The notes under the pieces: generated by a model | Told to the model about the DNA's origin: nothing | The model's database searches: none | Seen by the model: the letters and a program-made list of their open reading frames with translations, nothing else | Made by a program: the position numbers and the translations under genes | Origin: Amoebophrya sp. A120 | Taxonomy: Eukaryota > Protista > Dinoflagellata | Direction of reading: 5' to 3' | NCBI GenBank assembly: GCA_905178155.1 | Contig: CAJINV010000004.1 | Location: 8,988,417-9,052,416 of the forward strand | DNA: 64,000 bases | In this document: piece after piece, positions 51,601-62,856 of the stretch | How the letters are laid out: every line of letters begins with the position of its first letter | Position numbering within the stretch: position 1 is the first letter of the stretch

Positions 51601-53103
51601 CGACAGCAAGTTGTTTCTCAGCCCGCGCCACAGGGCGCGACCCAGCCGCAGTTCCTCCCGCTGACCACGAACGACCTGATACCACGACCTGGAGTACATG
51701 TACAACCAGCAGCAGCGCCAACGACGACGACGCGCAATGTCTCTAGTTTTTCCCAGCGTTTCATCGATCCTTTGAATTCCCCTCCTTTGTCCAAAACCGG
51801 CGCTGCGCAGCAAAACTTTCAAATCGGCCCGCTCCCGCCAATAAACCCTGACCAGCTGTTCAGCCCTCGCGTGGCGCACTTACGGGCAACGTCGCCGCAA
51901 AGACTAAAGGTGGATGTGAAAAGCGCAGTCTCTTTGCCGCTGTCACCGAGACCGAAGTCACCAAGTAATGTGGTCAACGGTTTTGCGAGTCCGAAGAATT
52001 TGTTCGCTGGTCCTGGTTCAAATTCCGTCTCACCAGAAAAAGAAGCTTTAGATCCTGCGGGCAATGGCATTCGAAACCAGAATACAAATGTCGCGATGTC
52101 GGCGGCGCAGCTGCTCCGGATGCAGAAGGAGTGGGGACGATTGGCAGCCAGTACTAGTAGTTCCTCAACTATGCGGCGTGAGCAAGTGGTGCAGGAGGTC
52201 GAGGTAGCAGCAAACCAGGGATCTTCACAGCAGAAAATAAATGCCAGGGCGAACTCCCTTCCCATCGATTCCCCGAGAACGGTGATAAAAAAGGTCGGAA
52301 AGGCAGCGGAGGCGGCGAGTGCCCAGATTCAGGAACGAATGATCAAGGCCGGAGCTGCTACGACTTCTCCGATCATGCTGAGCCCGCGGAGCAACAGCAA
52401 CTCCCGGAGCCCGGTGAGGGACGCGGCAGAAGATGCAGAGAACAAGGAGAACCAAAACTACCGCAGCCGAAGCGAGGGGGGACAGCACGGACGAACGGAG
52501 AATAATTCTTTATCGCATAACTTCTACACCGCCTCCACTAAAGCGAAAACAACTCTGCAACAGCTCGTCTTTGTCGGCCCGCCGGCGCAGCAGCGGGGGT
52601 TGAGCCCTCCTAGTAGGCTGGATTTTTCCGGGATGCAAACGTCGCCCCAATTGCGGACCCGCGCGCGTCCAGGGACGATGGTGGCAAGTAGTACTAGGAA
52701 CAGCAGCACGGCTACTAGTACCAGGCCGGCGATCAGTGGTGCTGGAAATGGGGTTGTAGGTGGTAATGGAAACGCTGCTACAGCTACTTTTCCGCCGACG
52801 AGCGACGGGCCGGCTCCTGCACTGGCCGCTCCGCAGCAGAGAACTGGGGCGAGGGTAGCAGTGATGCAGAGCACCATGCCAGCTTTGCAACGCAGGGCGA
52901 ACATCCCCGTCGCTGCACCCCCAAGTGCTGGACTACAGAAGCGTGGGCTTGCAATGACGGCGCCCGGAATTATGACGAGCAGTGGAGCTGCAGTGTCTGG
53001 TGGTGCTGCACAGGGAAACAAGACGCGGACTCGGATTATTCGTGCCACAGGGACCCGACGCTCGTCGGAACTGGACCCGGTCCCGGAAATGGACGAAGTT
53101 TAA
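42684..53103 (+). CDS. Very large low-complexity S/P/Q/R-rich protein (~3077 aa), unknown function
   Basis: GT-AG introns 44004-44132, 46110-46268, 48012-48165 and introners 48706-48962, 49511-49730, 50562-50813 join ORFs 42684, 44496, 46242, 48082, 48707, 49718 and 51205 into 9234 nt. Confidence 0.7.
48706..48962. mobile_element. Introner, family A (begins TGT)
   Basis: Repeat AACAG/AGCAG. Confidence 0.88.
49511..49730. mobile_element. Introner, family F
   Basis: Repeat TCACA. Confidence 0.92.
50562..50813. mobile_element. Introner, family A
   Basis: Repeat GGACC/GGGCC. Confidence 0.9.
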
Positions 53104-54482
53104 AGCGAAAAAGCACGATGAACAAGTTGAACTTTTGTACTGAACAAAGAAAAAATTCAAAATGCTGAATGAGACAGAATCTGAATCTAAAACCAATGCG
53201 GTAGTATCATGTGGTGAATACCAACAATGTGAATGTAAACGAATCAATAGTACAATGCTTCAAATGCAACTTTTACATCATTTCAGAACGCACTGCAAAC
53301 ATCGAATATACAACAAATGAACCGGCATTAATTATCTGAGTTTTTGATTTAGTTTTTTTGGGTACAACAGCCATCTTCTATCAAGATGCTACCCTGAAAT
53401 TGGCTTCAGCTAGTGGTGCCCTACTTTCTTTTAAGACCTTTTACACTGCATGGTATGTAATTGTTTCACATGTATTAAAAACGCAGAAATGTTTCACATG
53501 TAATTTCGCAATCGCAAGTCATAGACCTGGCGAAACAAGACGAAATATGGTGCTCTTTAAAACAACAGCACAAAACTTGTGTTTGTACGATAAACCATGA
53601 ACATGTGCTGCTTGAATTTTTACAGTCCCACGACAAAGACTAAAACAAGGAATGGGCAACGAGATCATATCTCGTAGAAACAGCACGACGAGGACGAGGT
53701 CCTCGTCTTGTGTGAGAAACTGCTACAACAAGTACAAGAAACTATTTTGGAACGACCCTACGTACCACCAGAGAGCGTGAGTCCTCGTCGCAAATGTGAG
53801 CGTGATGAACTCTCGGAGCGCTATCAAACTGCAAGGGAGGGAATCAAAAAGCAAAAGAACTGAGAGACAATTGACTCGAGGAAACAGGAGCGAAAATTGC
53901 ATCATCAAAAATGCTACTTCTGTCGTGGTTCGTTTTTGTCGTGACAGGACCCTATTCGAATTTATTTTCGGTAAAAACTAGTAATAGATTTTCATTTTTC
54001 TTCTCTTTTGGCGTACCTTACCAACTCAAGTGTATTGACTGATTTTTTTGCAGCATGCTTACTCTCGTCCCAACTCAAGAAAAACATGGAAAATAAAGCC
54101 TTTCAACCTGTTCTTACAAGTTCGTTTTTGCACCATCTTCGTTCTTCCTTTTCTGCAGCACAACAACGACCCGGCTTTTTTTCATCGCTCAACGTCCACG
54201 ACATCGACGCAACTTTGTGCACCTGCTCCAGGATCACCTCCTCTCTCAGCGTGGTCTCTTTCCAGTCTCCTCAATTACGGATGGGGGTACTTGTTCCTAC
54301 AGTTGGCAGCCCCGGGTTAGAAGAAGTAGCACCAGGAGTAGCAAGACTCGTGGGTGACCACGACTGGCCGCGTTGTAGTACCAGCACGTGAGCAGGCGGC
54401 CAACACGGTTGCGTGACAAAAAACCTCATATACGACGTCTCCCTCATCTCGATAGAATCCTCCACCGTCAGTGCAAGTAGCC

Positions 54483-57400
54483 ATGGGCAAAAAGAAGAAG
54501 GAAGAGCAGACCAAGGACGGCGAGCCGCCGTTGCAAATCGGCGAATCCTACCGCGGGCTGCCGAGAGAGGTGAATGACCAGCTGCTCCGCGAGGCCGTCC
54601 CAACCGCCGAGGAGCTGAGGCAGCACGGCACGGCGTTCGCGGATACGAAGCGAGAGCAGGTCCGCGCGGAGCACGGACTCAAGTCCGTGTCCGATGAGAA
54701 TCGAAAATATGAACTGCAAAAGTATCGTACTAGTAGTAATTGCAATACAAATTAGCTCAGCATGACAAATGGAATTTGTCATGCTGTTTTGCCTTCGGAT
54801 GGAGATTTGTAATGCAAGACTTGCATTTATACGAGTTTAACGCTGGACCAGGCGGTGTCAAATTGAATTCAAAACGAATTCAAAATGAATTCAAAAAGTG
54901 GGCACTTTTGAAATGAGCCACATTCCGCGATGCCCTGGACTCTCAGCGGTTGCTGCCCCAGCAGCTTTTGGCGACCTGGTAGCGCCGCTGCCTGCTGGCT
55001 CATTGGCTCGGGGGACGGGCTCAACCCGAAGGGCTGCTCCGCACCGTACTAGGAGTGTTGCTGAATGATGACCGAGGGCCAGAGCGATGCGCTCTGGTTC
55101 ACTTTCCGGCATACGCCCGCATCGCCTGCGAAGGGCGACGGCGCTCTGTCGTGGCTTACTATTTCGCGCCACTTTTGTGTAGCGCCTGTCTGACACTGGT
55201 GGCGGTTTAGTCATTCCCGCGGCCGGCGCTATTATTGGCTTTGGCACTCCGGGCAGGAACACTACAACAGGCCCGCACGGGCGCAGAAGGGGGCTGCGCT
55301 TGTTTGCGGCGCTAATTTGGGATCGGCGCAACAATTCTAAAGTTCATCGGGGAGTGGATCTCAATTTCAAAGTCCATCCGATCGACCGGCCCCAATTCAA
55401 ACTCCATCCGGACGACCGGCCCCAATTCAAAACCCATCCGGACGATCGGCCCCAATTCAAACTCCATCGGGGCCATCGGGGCAAATTCAAAACTCATCCG
55501 AATTCTGTCCGAATTCCGTCCGAATTTTGTCCCCTACTTGGGTTCTTGATTCGGACGGATTCTGACAGAATTCGGATGGATTTTGAATTGGTGGGGGATG
55601 GGATTTTGTGGTCCGGGCCACCAGAGTTGTGCCTCCAGTCGACTTCACCTACCGAGACCAGCCTGGGCGATCTTGGGTGGCTGACCGCATTGGGAATCGC
55701 GGCCGGGGATGGCCTCGCCCCTGGCGGCATTTTGTCCACTAGCGTCACATGCAATATGCACAGGCTGACTTGCTTGAGCGCTCGCCGGGCCAAGCCGCGA
55801 CCCCGACACCGAGGCCAGCCATGCTCCTAACCGCATGCGCCGGCCCCCGACGGTTTCCGGCATTTTTCCGTGGTTGGGCAGGGTCTTCTCTTATTACACC
55901 GGCAGCACCCCCCTGGCGCCGAGCCGGGTTTCAAGTCTCGCAAGTTAAGGCATGATAACAAACTTCGGCCGCCGGTCGAACCAAAGCGCGTTCGCCCCAT
56001 TTCCCGGAAGCTCCTTCGCATGGTTGGATCCAGTTGCCGTTTCGCGCCTGGTCCGCTGGACCAAGCACAGGGCGCAGCGTTCGTGTGAAAGCGGCTACAG
56101 GCCGTTTTCTATGGCTGTCGCGCGCCGCATTTGTTTCGCCCGATTCGCCCCCTCGGAGGGGCGTTTTTTTGAAAATGCCAACTTTTTGAATCCAGTTTGA
56201 ATTCCGTTTGAATCACGATTACACTCCGAGCGGTCTAGAGTTAATACGAGTACGATACTTTTGCACAGGATAGAAAACGCGACACTGCGATGTACTACCA
56301 GCCGATGCCCTATGGATGTGTCAGGATCGAAATTAATCGACAAAGTCGAAAAATTTGTGATGCATAAAATGTAGAGCACTGAAGGCCGGTATTGGGGAGA
56401 AGGCATCTGAGACCGATTGTAAGCCTGTTTAGGCGTATACAATGTGCTGCCAGAGTAGCATGACAGGAGCAGCCTTCTTTGCCCAAACAGCATGACAGAC
56501 TGGATTTGGGTGCTCCCGAAATTTCTCATGCGCCACTTGGAAACTGAGGCTCCAACTGGCATCGATTTTGTGCATCACAAGTTTTTCGATTTTGCGAATT
56601 TCGATTCTGACGCTTCCATATGCCCGGGGAGGACGGCGCGGTTAAGCCGGTGCCGACGCAGGGAGAAAAAGTGGACCCCAGTACGGAGAAGGGAAAAGCG
56701 GCACCGCCAGCGAAAGCCCCGTCAGGGACGAACAAGATAACACCAAAGCCCCTCGATCTCCAAGCGGACTCCGTGCAAGCCCCGTTGGAACCAGAAACTC
56801 CCATGGCGGACCGGATCAACGCACACAAATCCGTGTCCCGGGCGACCACGCCGAAGGGGGAACACAAAAAAATCTCCGAAACCGCTCTGGATTCCATCTC
56901 CCAGCAGCAGCATTCCGGCGCGAAAAAAGGGGTTTTGAAGAAAGAGGAGTCCAAGGGAGCCAGTTCCGATCACGGTACCTCAGAGAACAAAACGGGGACC
57001 GGGGGCAGTTCCAGTTTCCGTGCTATCAAGGAGCGGACCGCAAGACTGAAGGAAGCCCGGAAGCAAGCCAGGATAAACACAGGGCTGACGGCCAAGGGAA
57101 GGTACGACCGGGTCATGCACCAGAGAAACGAAGGGAGAAGCTTTCGGAAGGTAAGATTTAGTAACTTTTGTATAGAGGTGTACACTTTTACGAATACTAC
57201 CCATATCGAAATAGGCAGTACCTCGGCAAAACATTTGTAAACCACAAAATAATGCCAACATCAGGGAATGCCTATTCTGTCCGAGACCATTGAGTTCACC
57301 CTCGAGCGCATGAAGGACCACTACAAAGAGCAGGAAGATGCGGGAAAGATGACGAAACGCGCCCTCCGGGAGCGGCAGAAGGGCATCAAGAAGGAGAAGA

Positions 57401-60400
57401 TTGACAAGAACAGCCTGGAAAAGATGTTCATGACGTTTCTCGCGGTCTTCAAGGCCATCGTCTTCCACCATGTGTTTCTACGCATGGCAAAAGTATCGTG
57501 CTAAGTAGTAATTGCATCACAAGTTGTTGGGTCGGCATGACAAATAAAATTTCTGATGCGAATTTAGCTTTAAGAAAGAGATTTGTATTGCATCTCTGCA
57601 ATTCCAATTTACAACTAGAACTACTGCGAGCACGATCCTTAATTTGCAATGCATAGTTTCCGAACATAAATAACAACCTCGGCATGCGGATGATCTTCGA
57701 GCGGATTCTGCCCTGCATCGAATTCCCCCTCCACTGGCTCGCGGTGTTCTGCGAACCGCAGTTGGGGTACAGCATGGGACAGATGTGTCCCTACAACCCC
57801 GGCTACGACGAATCCGCCGACGCAATCGACCCCATCGAGGGCATCCCGAAGGGCGAGCCGCTCGTGGACACGTTTCCCTTCGCGGCGCCGGTCTTTGGCG
57901 TGCTGTTTCCGTATCTCTGCGTGTTCTGGGTGTGGCGGAGGGCGATTCCTTATGTTCGATTGCGGATTTTGTCGAACAAGTATCAAACTGAAAAATGCCG
58001 CCACCCCCGAACTTGGGAGCATTTGTATTGCAAACCTTTCCAAATGAAGCAGTCGCGTTCTTGTATCTATCAGCATCACAGATTTTCAATCGTGAAGAGC
58101 AAAAATTTGTATTGCAAAAGACCCCAGCAAGAGTGGCGCTTGTCATGCAAGTGATGCGATACATGACTAGACTCTGCATCAGAAAGATTCATACTTCTTT
58201 CATGCATGACAAAAAGTTTTCATTTGGAAACTTCGCGTCACAAGTTTTTGCGACTTTGGGCGTGGGGGCATTTTTCACTGTAATAACAAACACCTGGTGA
58301 TCGGAATGCTTCTCTGCCGGTCGGTTCTTATATCAAATGCAAAAATGTTTGGGTCTGGAAGAATGGGCGATTTGTCATGCAGCTTTTCCATGACCCATGA
58401 GGTCTGGAATGCAGGGCCTAGCGTGACAGATTCTGCGCGATCTCCCTCATGCCTATCCTGCATGAGAAACTCCCTCCCGACTTGGTCAAAACTGGACGAC
58501 GTTTGGGAATCATGCAACACAGATTTTTGCATGCTTCAGATTTAGCATGACAAGTTGGATTCTTCCAGACCCAGACATTTTTACATTTGATATCTCACCG
58601 TGAAGCGCAATCCGGCCTCGGTGCAAGTCGGTATGGGCGTGGATGGCGACGACGCGATGCTGACCACGTTCTCCTTAACCTCCTGGCTGATAATAGGACT
58701 GCCATTAGTGTATTTGATCGACATATCCCACGAAAAAACTGTTTCACTGTGATGGTTTTGCAAGATCCGCATCACAAGTTTGCTACACATGACACAGGAA
58801 ATTTGCCATGCGCGCATTTTCCATAGGGGAAAACACGCTTGAAACTCCAATGTTCTATGCAGGTGTAGCAAGACAGATACTTCTGTGCTCCATTCTATGC
58901 ATCACAAGTTCACAGTGAAACAGTTTTTTCTTGCGATGCGACACCATCATCTTCCTCTGCTTCTTCCCCTTCCGCGAGCCGCCGAACTTCTATGCAATGC
59001 AAAAGCATCGTACTAGTACAAATTGCATCACAAATTAGCCCAGCATTACAAATTGAATTTGTAATGCTAATTTGCCTTGAGAAAGAGATTTGTAATGCAT
59101 ATAATGCAATTAGAATTACTACCGGTACGATACTTTTGCACAGGATAACTTCCTCGCCGCGACCAAATTCTTCAAGGCGCAACTGATGATGATCTGCGGG
59201 AGCCCAAGTTTCATCCTGTTCGACGTGATCCTGATCACGAGCGAGGGCCCGGGAGGCCCAAGAGAAAAGACCTTCGCGATACTGGGACTCTTGGTCAGCA
59301 TCTGCACGCTGTGGTATTTTATTTTATTCGGCAGTTCCTCTTTCGAATTCGAAGTTGCATCACCATGATCGGCAGCATTGCATGTTTCGTATACAGCTTT
59401 TCCCACCACTTCTGTCCATGCCGCTGGTCGTAATTGCCACAATCGAAACACCAGTACGGAAATGCTTAAAAACTTGAATTTTTCCTATCAGGTTCACCAT
59501 CCTCCGCGTTTCTCAAGTTGCGTACCGCAACCTCATCACTATGTGGGAGGTCATCCTGCTCACCTCCCGCATGGGCAAGGGCACCGGGGGCGACTCCATA
59601 TCCGCGGTGAGCAAAGCGAAGCAGGCGGACATCGCAGCCGCGGCAGCGAGGATATTCCCGCCCTTTTTCATCGTCATGGCGCAAATGAAAATCTGCAGTC
59701 TGGAACACGAGAAATACGTGATCAACGAAAACGAGTTGGCGCAGTTGGGCCACTGTCTGTTCAACAACATTTACATCAAGCACCTGGTGATTCCCTCGAC
59801 CTGCTGCAAGAACCTCGTGAAAGCGGGCTACACGCTGTTCGACGCCATCGAGCATTGCGTGATAAAGATGGACAACTGCGTGCTGGAATCCTTCAACTGG
59901 TTCCCCATCATATGAAAGTGCACAATAACCGAAACCCCCCTTCCCCTCCGTGCTCGTTTGTCATGCGGAAGACTGAGTTCGTCTTCGTTGTAAGTGTAAC
60001 CAATAGATGGCCGGCGCCGGTTTTGGCACTCTACACAACATGTTGACCATTCATTATTCCATGCAGTCCTAGTAGGACTGCGGTCGATCAACATGTGCGG
60101 CTGCAGCTTGTGCTTGTTACTAGGCCTGAATGAAGGGGACGTGGGGGAGCTGTGAAATCTCATACGTCAAAGACATTCTGTACAAGCCAAACCTCGTTTT
60201 CACGATGGACCGATACAGGTACGAATGCTGATAAAGAAGCTCTTCATGTTGCTGTCAATGGCATTGCAATGCAGAGGCTTTTGGATATTTTTCATTTCTT
60301 GTTTAAATCCGACCTCGGTCTTCGAAATAGCATGACAGGAGAGCAATGCATCGGCCCAAACCACCACCATAAAAATCAATACACTCAACACCACAGGTAC

Positions 60401-61884
60401 GGCCACGAAAAGCTGAACCTCCAGTACGAGATGTCTTTCACGGATTCCTGCTACTACCTCGCCGCTGGCGAGCGGATGCAGCAGCCTTGGACTGATTTGG
60501 AGGCCATAGTGTTCTGCCGAATGATGCCGTACAACAAAAACTTGGTCCATCTTGACCTCTCCTCGAACCTGCTGAAGGACTACGGCTTCATGGCGCTGGC
60601 GGAATTATCCTGTGCAAAAGTATCGTACTCGTATTGCAATCATGCATTACAAATCTTTTTCTCATAGGTAAATCAGCATTACAAATTTTATTTCTCATGC
60701 TGAGGAAATTTGTAATGCGTTTATACGAGTACGATACTTTTGCAATTTATAGGAATTCCTTTTCTGCAACTCCCAGCTGAAACTTTTGAACATCTCCAAC
60801 AACGACCTGGACGGGTTGCAAGACCGGACGCTGGACACGCTACTGGACGCCGTGGTTTCGCACCCAAGGTTAGAGTCCGTGCAGTTCTCCGCGAATACGA
60901 TACAGCTTCCGATTCGCGACTTCGAGGACGTCGAGGTGCTGAAGTGGGACGCCTACTATCCTGTGCAAAAGTATCGTACTCGTATTGCAATCATGCATTA
61001 CAAATCTTTTTCTTAAGGTAAATCAGCATTACCATTTACAAATTTTATTTCTCATGCTGAGGAGATTTGTAATTGTAATGCATTTATACGAGTGCGATAC
61101 TTTTTTAGTGTATACCTACAATGTGTACACGATCAACGTGAACCAGATCGTGGGGCGCGTGGTGGAGTTAGTCTTAGAAAACCAGCTTTCCTTCGATAAT
61201 TTCCCTCCCCATTGCCGGTTCGACCACTACTGCACCATCATCCAAAACGCTTTAGCGAACGACATGGCGCTGGCGAGACAGGTGTCCTGTAGCCTCCACC
61301 CGAAGTTGCGGCGATTCGTCGCGGAGCGGTGTGCGAAGAAGTTGGGGCACCCCTTGGGGAACGACCCCGAGGACTTGCTGGACCTATACGTGAAGGACAG
61401 TCGGAAAGTGAAGCAACTGACGAAGAAGGAGAAGGCGAGCCGCGACGATTTGTACCTGCCGCCGAAGGACCGGATCGTGATCAGCGTTTTAGGGTCGCTA
61501 GAGGGGATGGCGATGGCCATGACGCTGCGGTTCTCGCGGCACTTGCGAGAGATTTTTTTGGAGGGAAACCGGGTCTCGGACCGCGGGGCGGAGATGTTTT
61601 TTCGTCTTCTCTGCGAGCCGGGGAATGTCGTAGAAATGCTGTCGCTAGCCAATAACGACATTGGGTACGCGAGGAATAACTATGTCAAGGGCAGAGCGGT
61701 AAAGTGGCTCCAGCGAGTGCTCCAGCTGCCAGAAGCGAACCCGATGCTGCAGCAGATAGATTTGTACCAAAACGACGCCTTTGTCGCGTTTGAGCGGGAG
61801 ATTCGGGTGTGGGTCATGGCGCGGCCGCAGTCAGACGAAATTATGCCGCTGGAGTGCAACGTGAAGAGGGGGATGCGCGGCTGA
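54483..61884 (+). CDS. Multi-pass membrane protein with C-terminal RNI-like leucine-rich repeats (~1110 aa), 14 exons
   Basis: Ten introners plus GT-AG introns 57151-57264, 59314-59491, 60219-60396 give 3333 nt in frame. LRRs: LVHLDLSSNLLKDYG, LKLLNISNNDL, LREIFLEGNRVSDRG, VEMLSLANNDIG, LQQIDLYQN. Confidence 0.78.
54841..56240. mobile_element. Non-autonomous piggyBac-like element with TTAA target duplication
   Basis: TTAA at 54837-54840 and 56241-56244; ~70-bp imperfect TIRs starting CGCTGGACC / CTCTAGACC; no transposase ORF. Confidence 0.75.
55331..55500. repeat. 30-bp minisatellite (~6 units) inside the TTAA element
   Basis: CCCAATTCAAACTCCATCCGGACGACCGGC-like units, followed by an inverted repeat at ~55483-55589. 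Confidence 0.85.
56311..56620. mobile_element. Introner, family H
   Basis: Repeat TGCCC. Confidence 0.9.
57479..57655. mobile_element. Introner, family B (diverged)
   Basis: Repeat GTTTC. Confidence 0.85.
57981..58285. mobile_element. Introner, family K (D-like ends)
   Basis: TATCAAACTGAAAAATGCC...GGCATTTTTCACTGTAATA; repeat ACAAG/ACAAA. Confidence 0.88.
58331..58592. mobile_element. Introner, family A
   Basis: Repeat TCTTA/TCTCA. Confidence 0.9.
58724..58938. mobile_element. Introner, family G (opposite orientation to 30531)
   Basis: Repeat CGACA; right end ...ATG. Confidence 0.9.
58991..59147. mobile_element. Introner, family B
   Basis: Repeat ACTTC. Confidence 0.9.
59911..60164. mobile_element. 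Introner, family F (diverged)
   Basis: Repeat CATCA/CGTCA. Confidence 0.85.
60606..60751. mobile_element. Introner, family B
   Basis: Repeat GGAAT; join ALAEFLFCNSQL within an LRR. Confidence 0.92.
60957..61114. mobile_element. Introner, family B
   Basis: Repeat CCTAC; very similar to 60606-60751. Confidence 0.9.
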
Positions 61885-62856
61885 ATACTTACGTCAAAAA
61901 GTAGTTGGTCCTTCCTCGTTCCCAAATTTGCTGCTGCTGTCTGCAATATAGCAGAACTGCTGGGAGGTCTACTGCTTGAAAGTTCTTGAACCGCTGCCGT
62001 CTCAAAGAAACCTCTGATAGCTATGTCATGATTTGGCGGTGGTCTCACCGCTCGTCCAGTTGCAAAAATTCGCACAGCAAGAAGAATCAAAACGAAGGTT
62101 TGTTTTCCGTGCCTGTGTCAACATAAATGTTCTTGACATCGCACTGGAAACTATTAACTGGACGGTCGGACTGCGTTGTATCCGTAGCTGCACCCGTTTA
62201 CGGCATTTCGTCCTGCAAATGATCCAGACTGTTTTGCCCGATATGGATATTCGTAGAAATCAAGTACTCGTCGTGTAGTGAGAATTTCTGCATTTCATCG
62301 TGATCGCTGAATAAAGAAATCGCACTCGTCACATCGGCGTCTCAAATCAAAGTTAGGTCGTCGTGTGATCCTCGTAGATACTGTGTATGCTGGTTTGTCG
62401 ATGTGCTTATGTGTCTGGGTCTGGGTGGTCAAAGCCAAGATTGCTTTTGCGATGTTCGTTGATGATCTTCTCATTGTGAAATACCTTCGTTTTTGCTGTT
62501 GACACTGGCTTGCACGTCGTTTCCTGATGGGTAAGAACCTGAATCTACTCTATCACCACTTACAACATCGTGCCGAACAACACTCGCCTATTGCAAGTGC
62601 GACAAAGAATCGTCCAGGTTTTTTTTTGGGGGCTGAAGCGTGTATGTGCTGGGAAGCAGGAGGGTAAACAATAGTTAGCCACTCTAGTCTTTCTACTATT
62701 TTCCTTGTGCCTGATTGTGCCTGGGACCAAGCTATCAAGTTTTTGTGCGTAAGAAGTAGTTCTCGCCTTCTTGCGCCTTCATCTTCTACTTCGTTTCGAT
62801 CTACAACCCTTCATCACTCACACTCACAACCTATCGGAAAGAAGCAACAACACAAG

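Larger units (their letters stand above)
54708..56272. mobile_element. Introner, family B, carrying a 1.4-kb nested element
   Basis: Family B TIRs; repeat GAAAA; join ENRKRDTAMYY. Confidence 0.88.

Noticed and set aside
55331-55500. 30-bp periodic repeat as a mini CRISPR array
   Set aside because: Units are contiguous and the variable parts are related to each other; it is a minisatellite within a transposon.
6294-58592. Recurrent GTCTGGGTCTGGAA and AAAAGTATCGTACTCGTA motifs as CRISPR repeats
   Set aside because: They are dispersed, come in inverted pairs and are TIRs of the elements; no regular spacers or cas genes.
62408-62427. Intergenic TATGTGTCTGGGTCTGG as another family A element
   Set aside because: Lone TIR-like fragment with no partner end or direct repeat.
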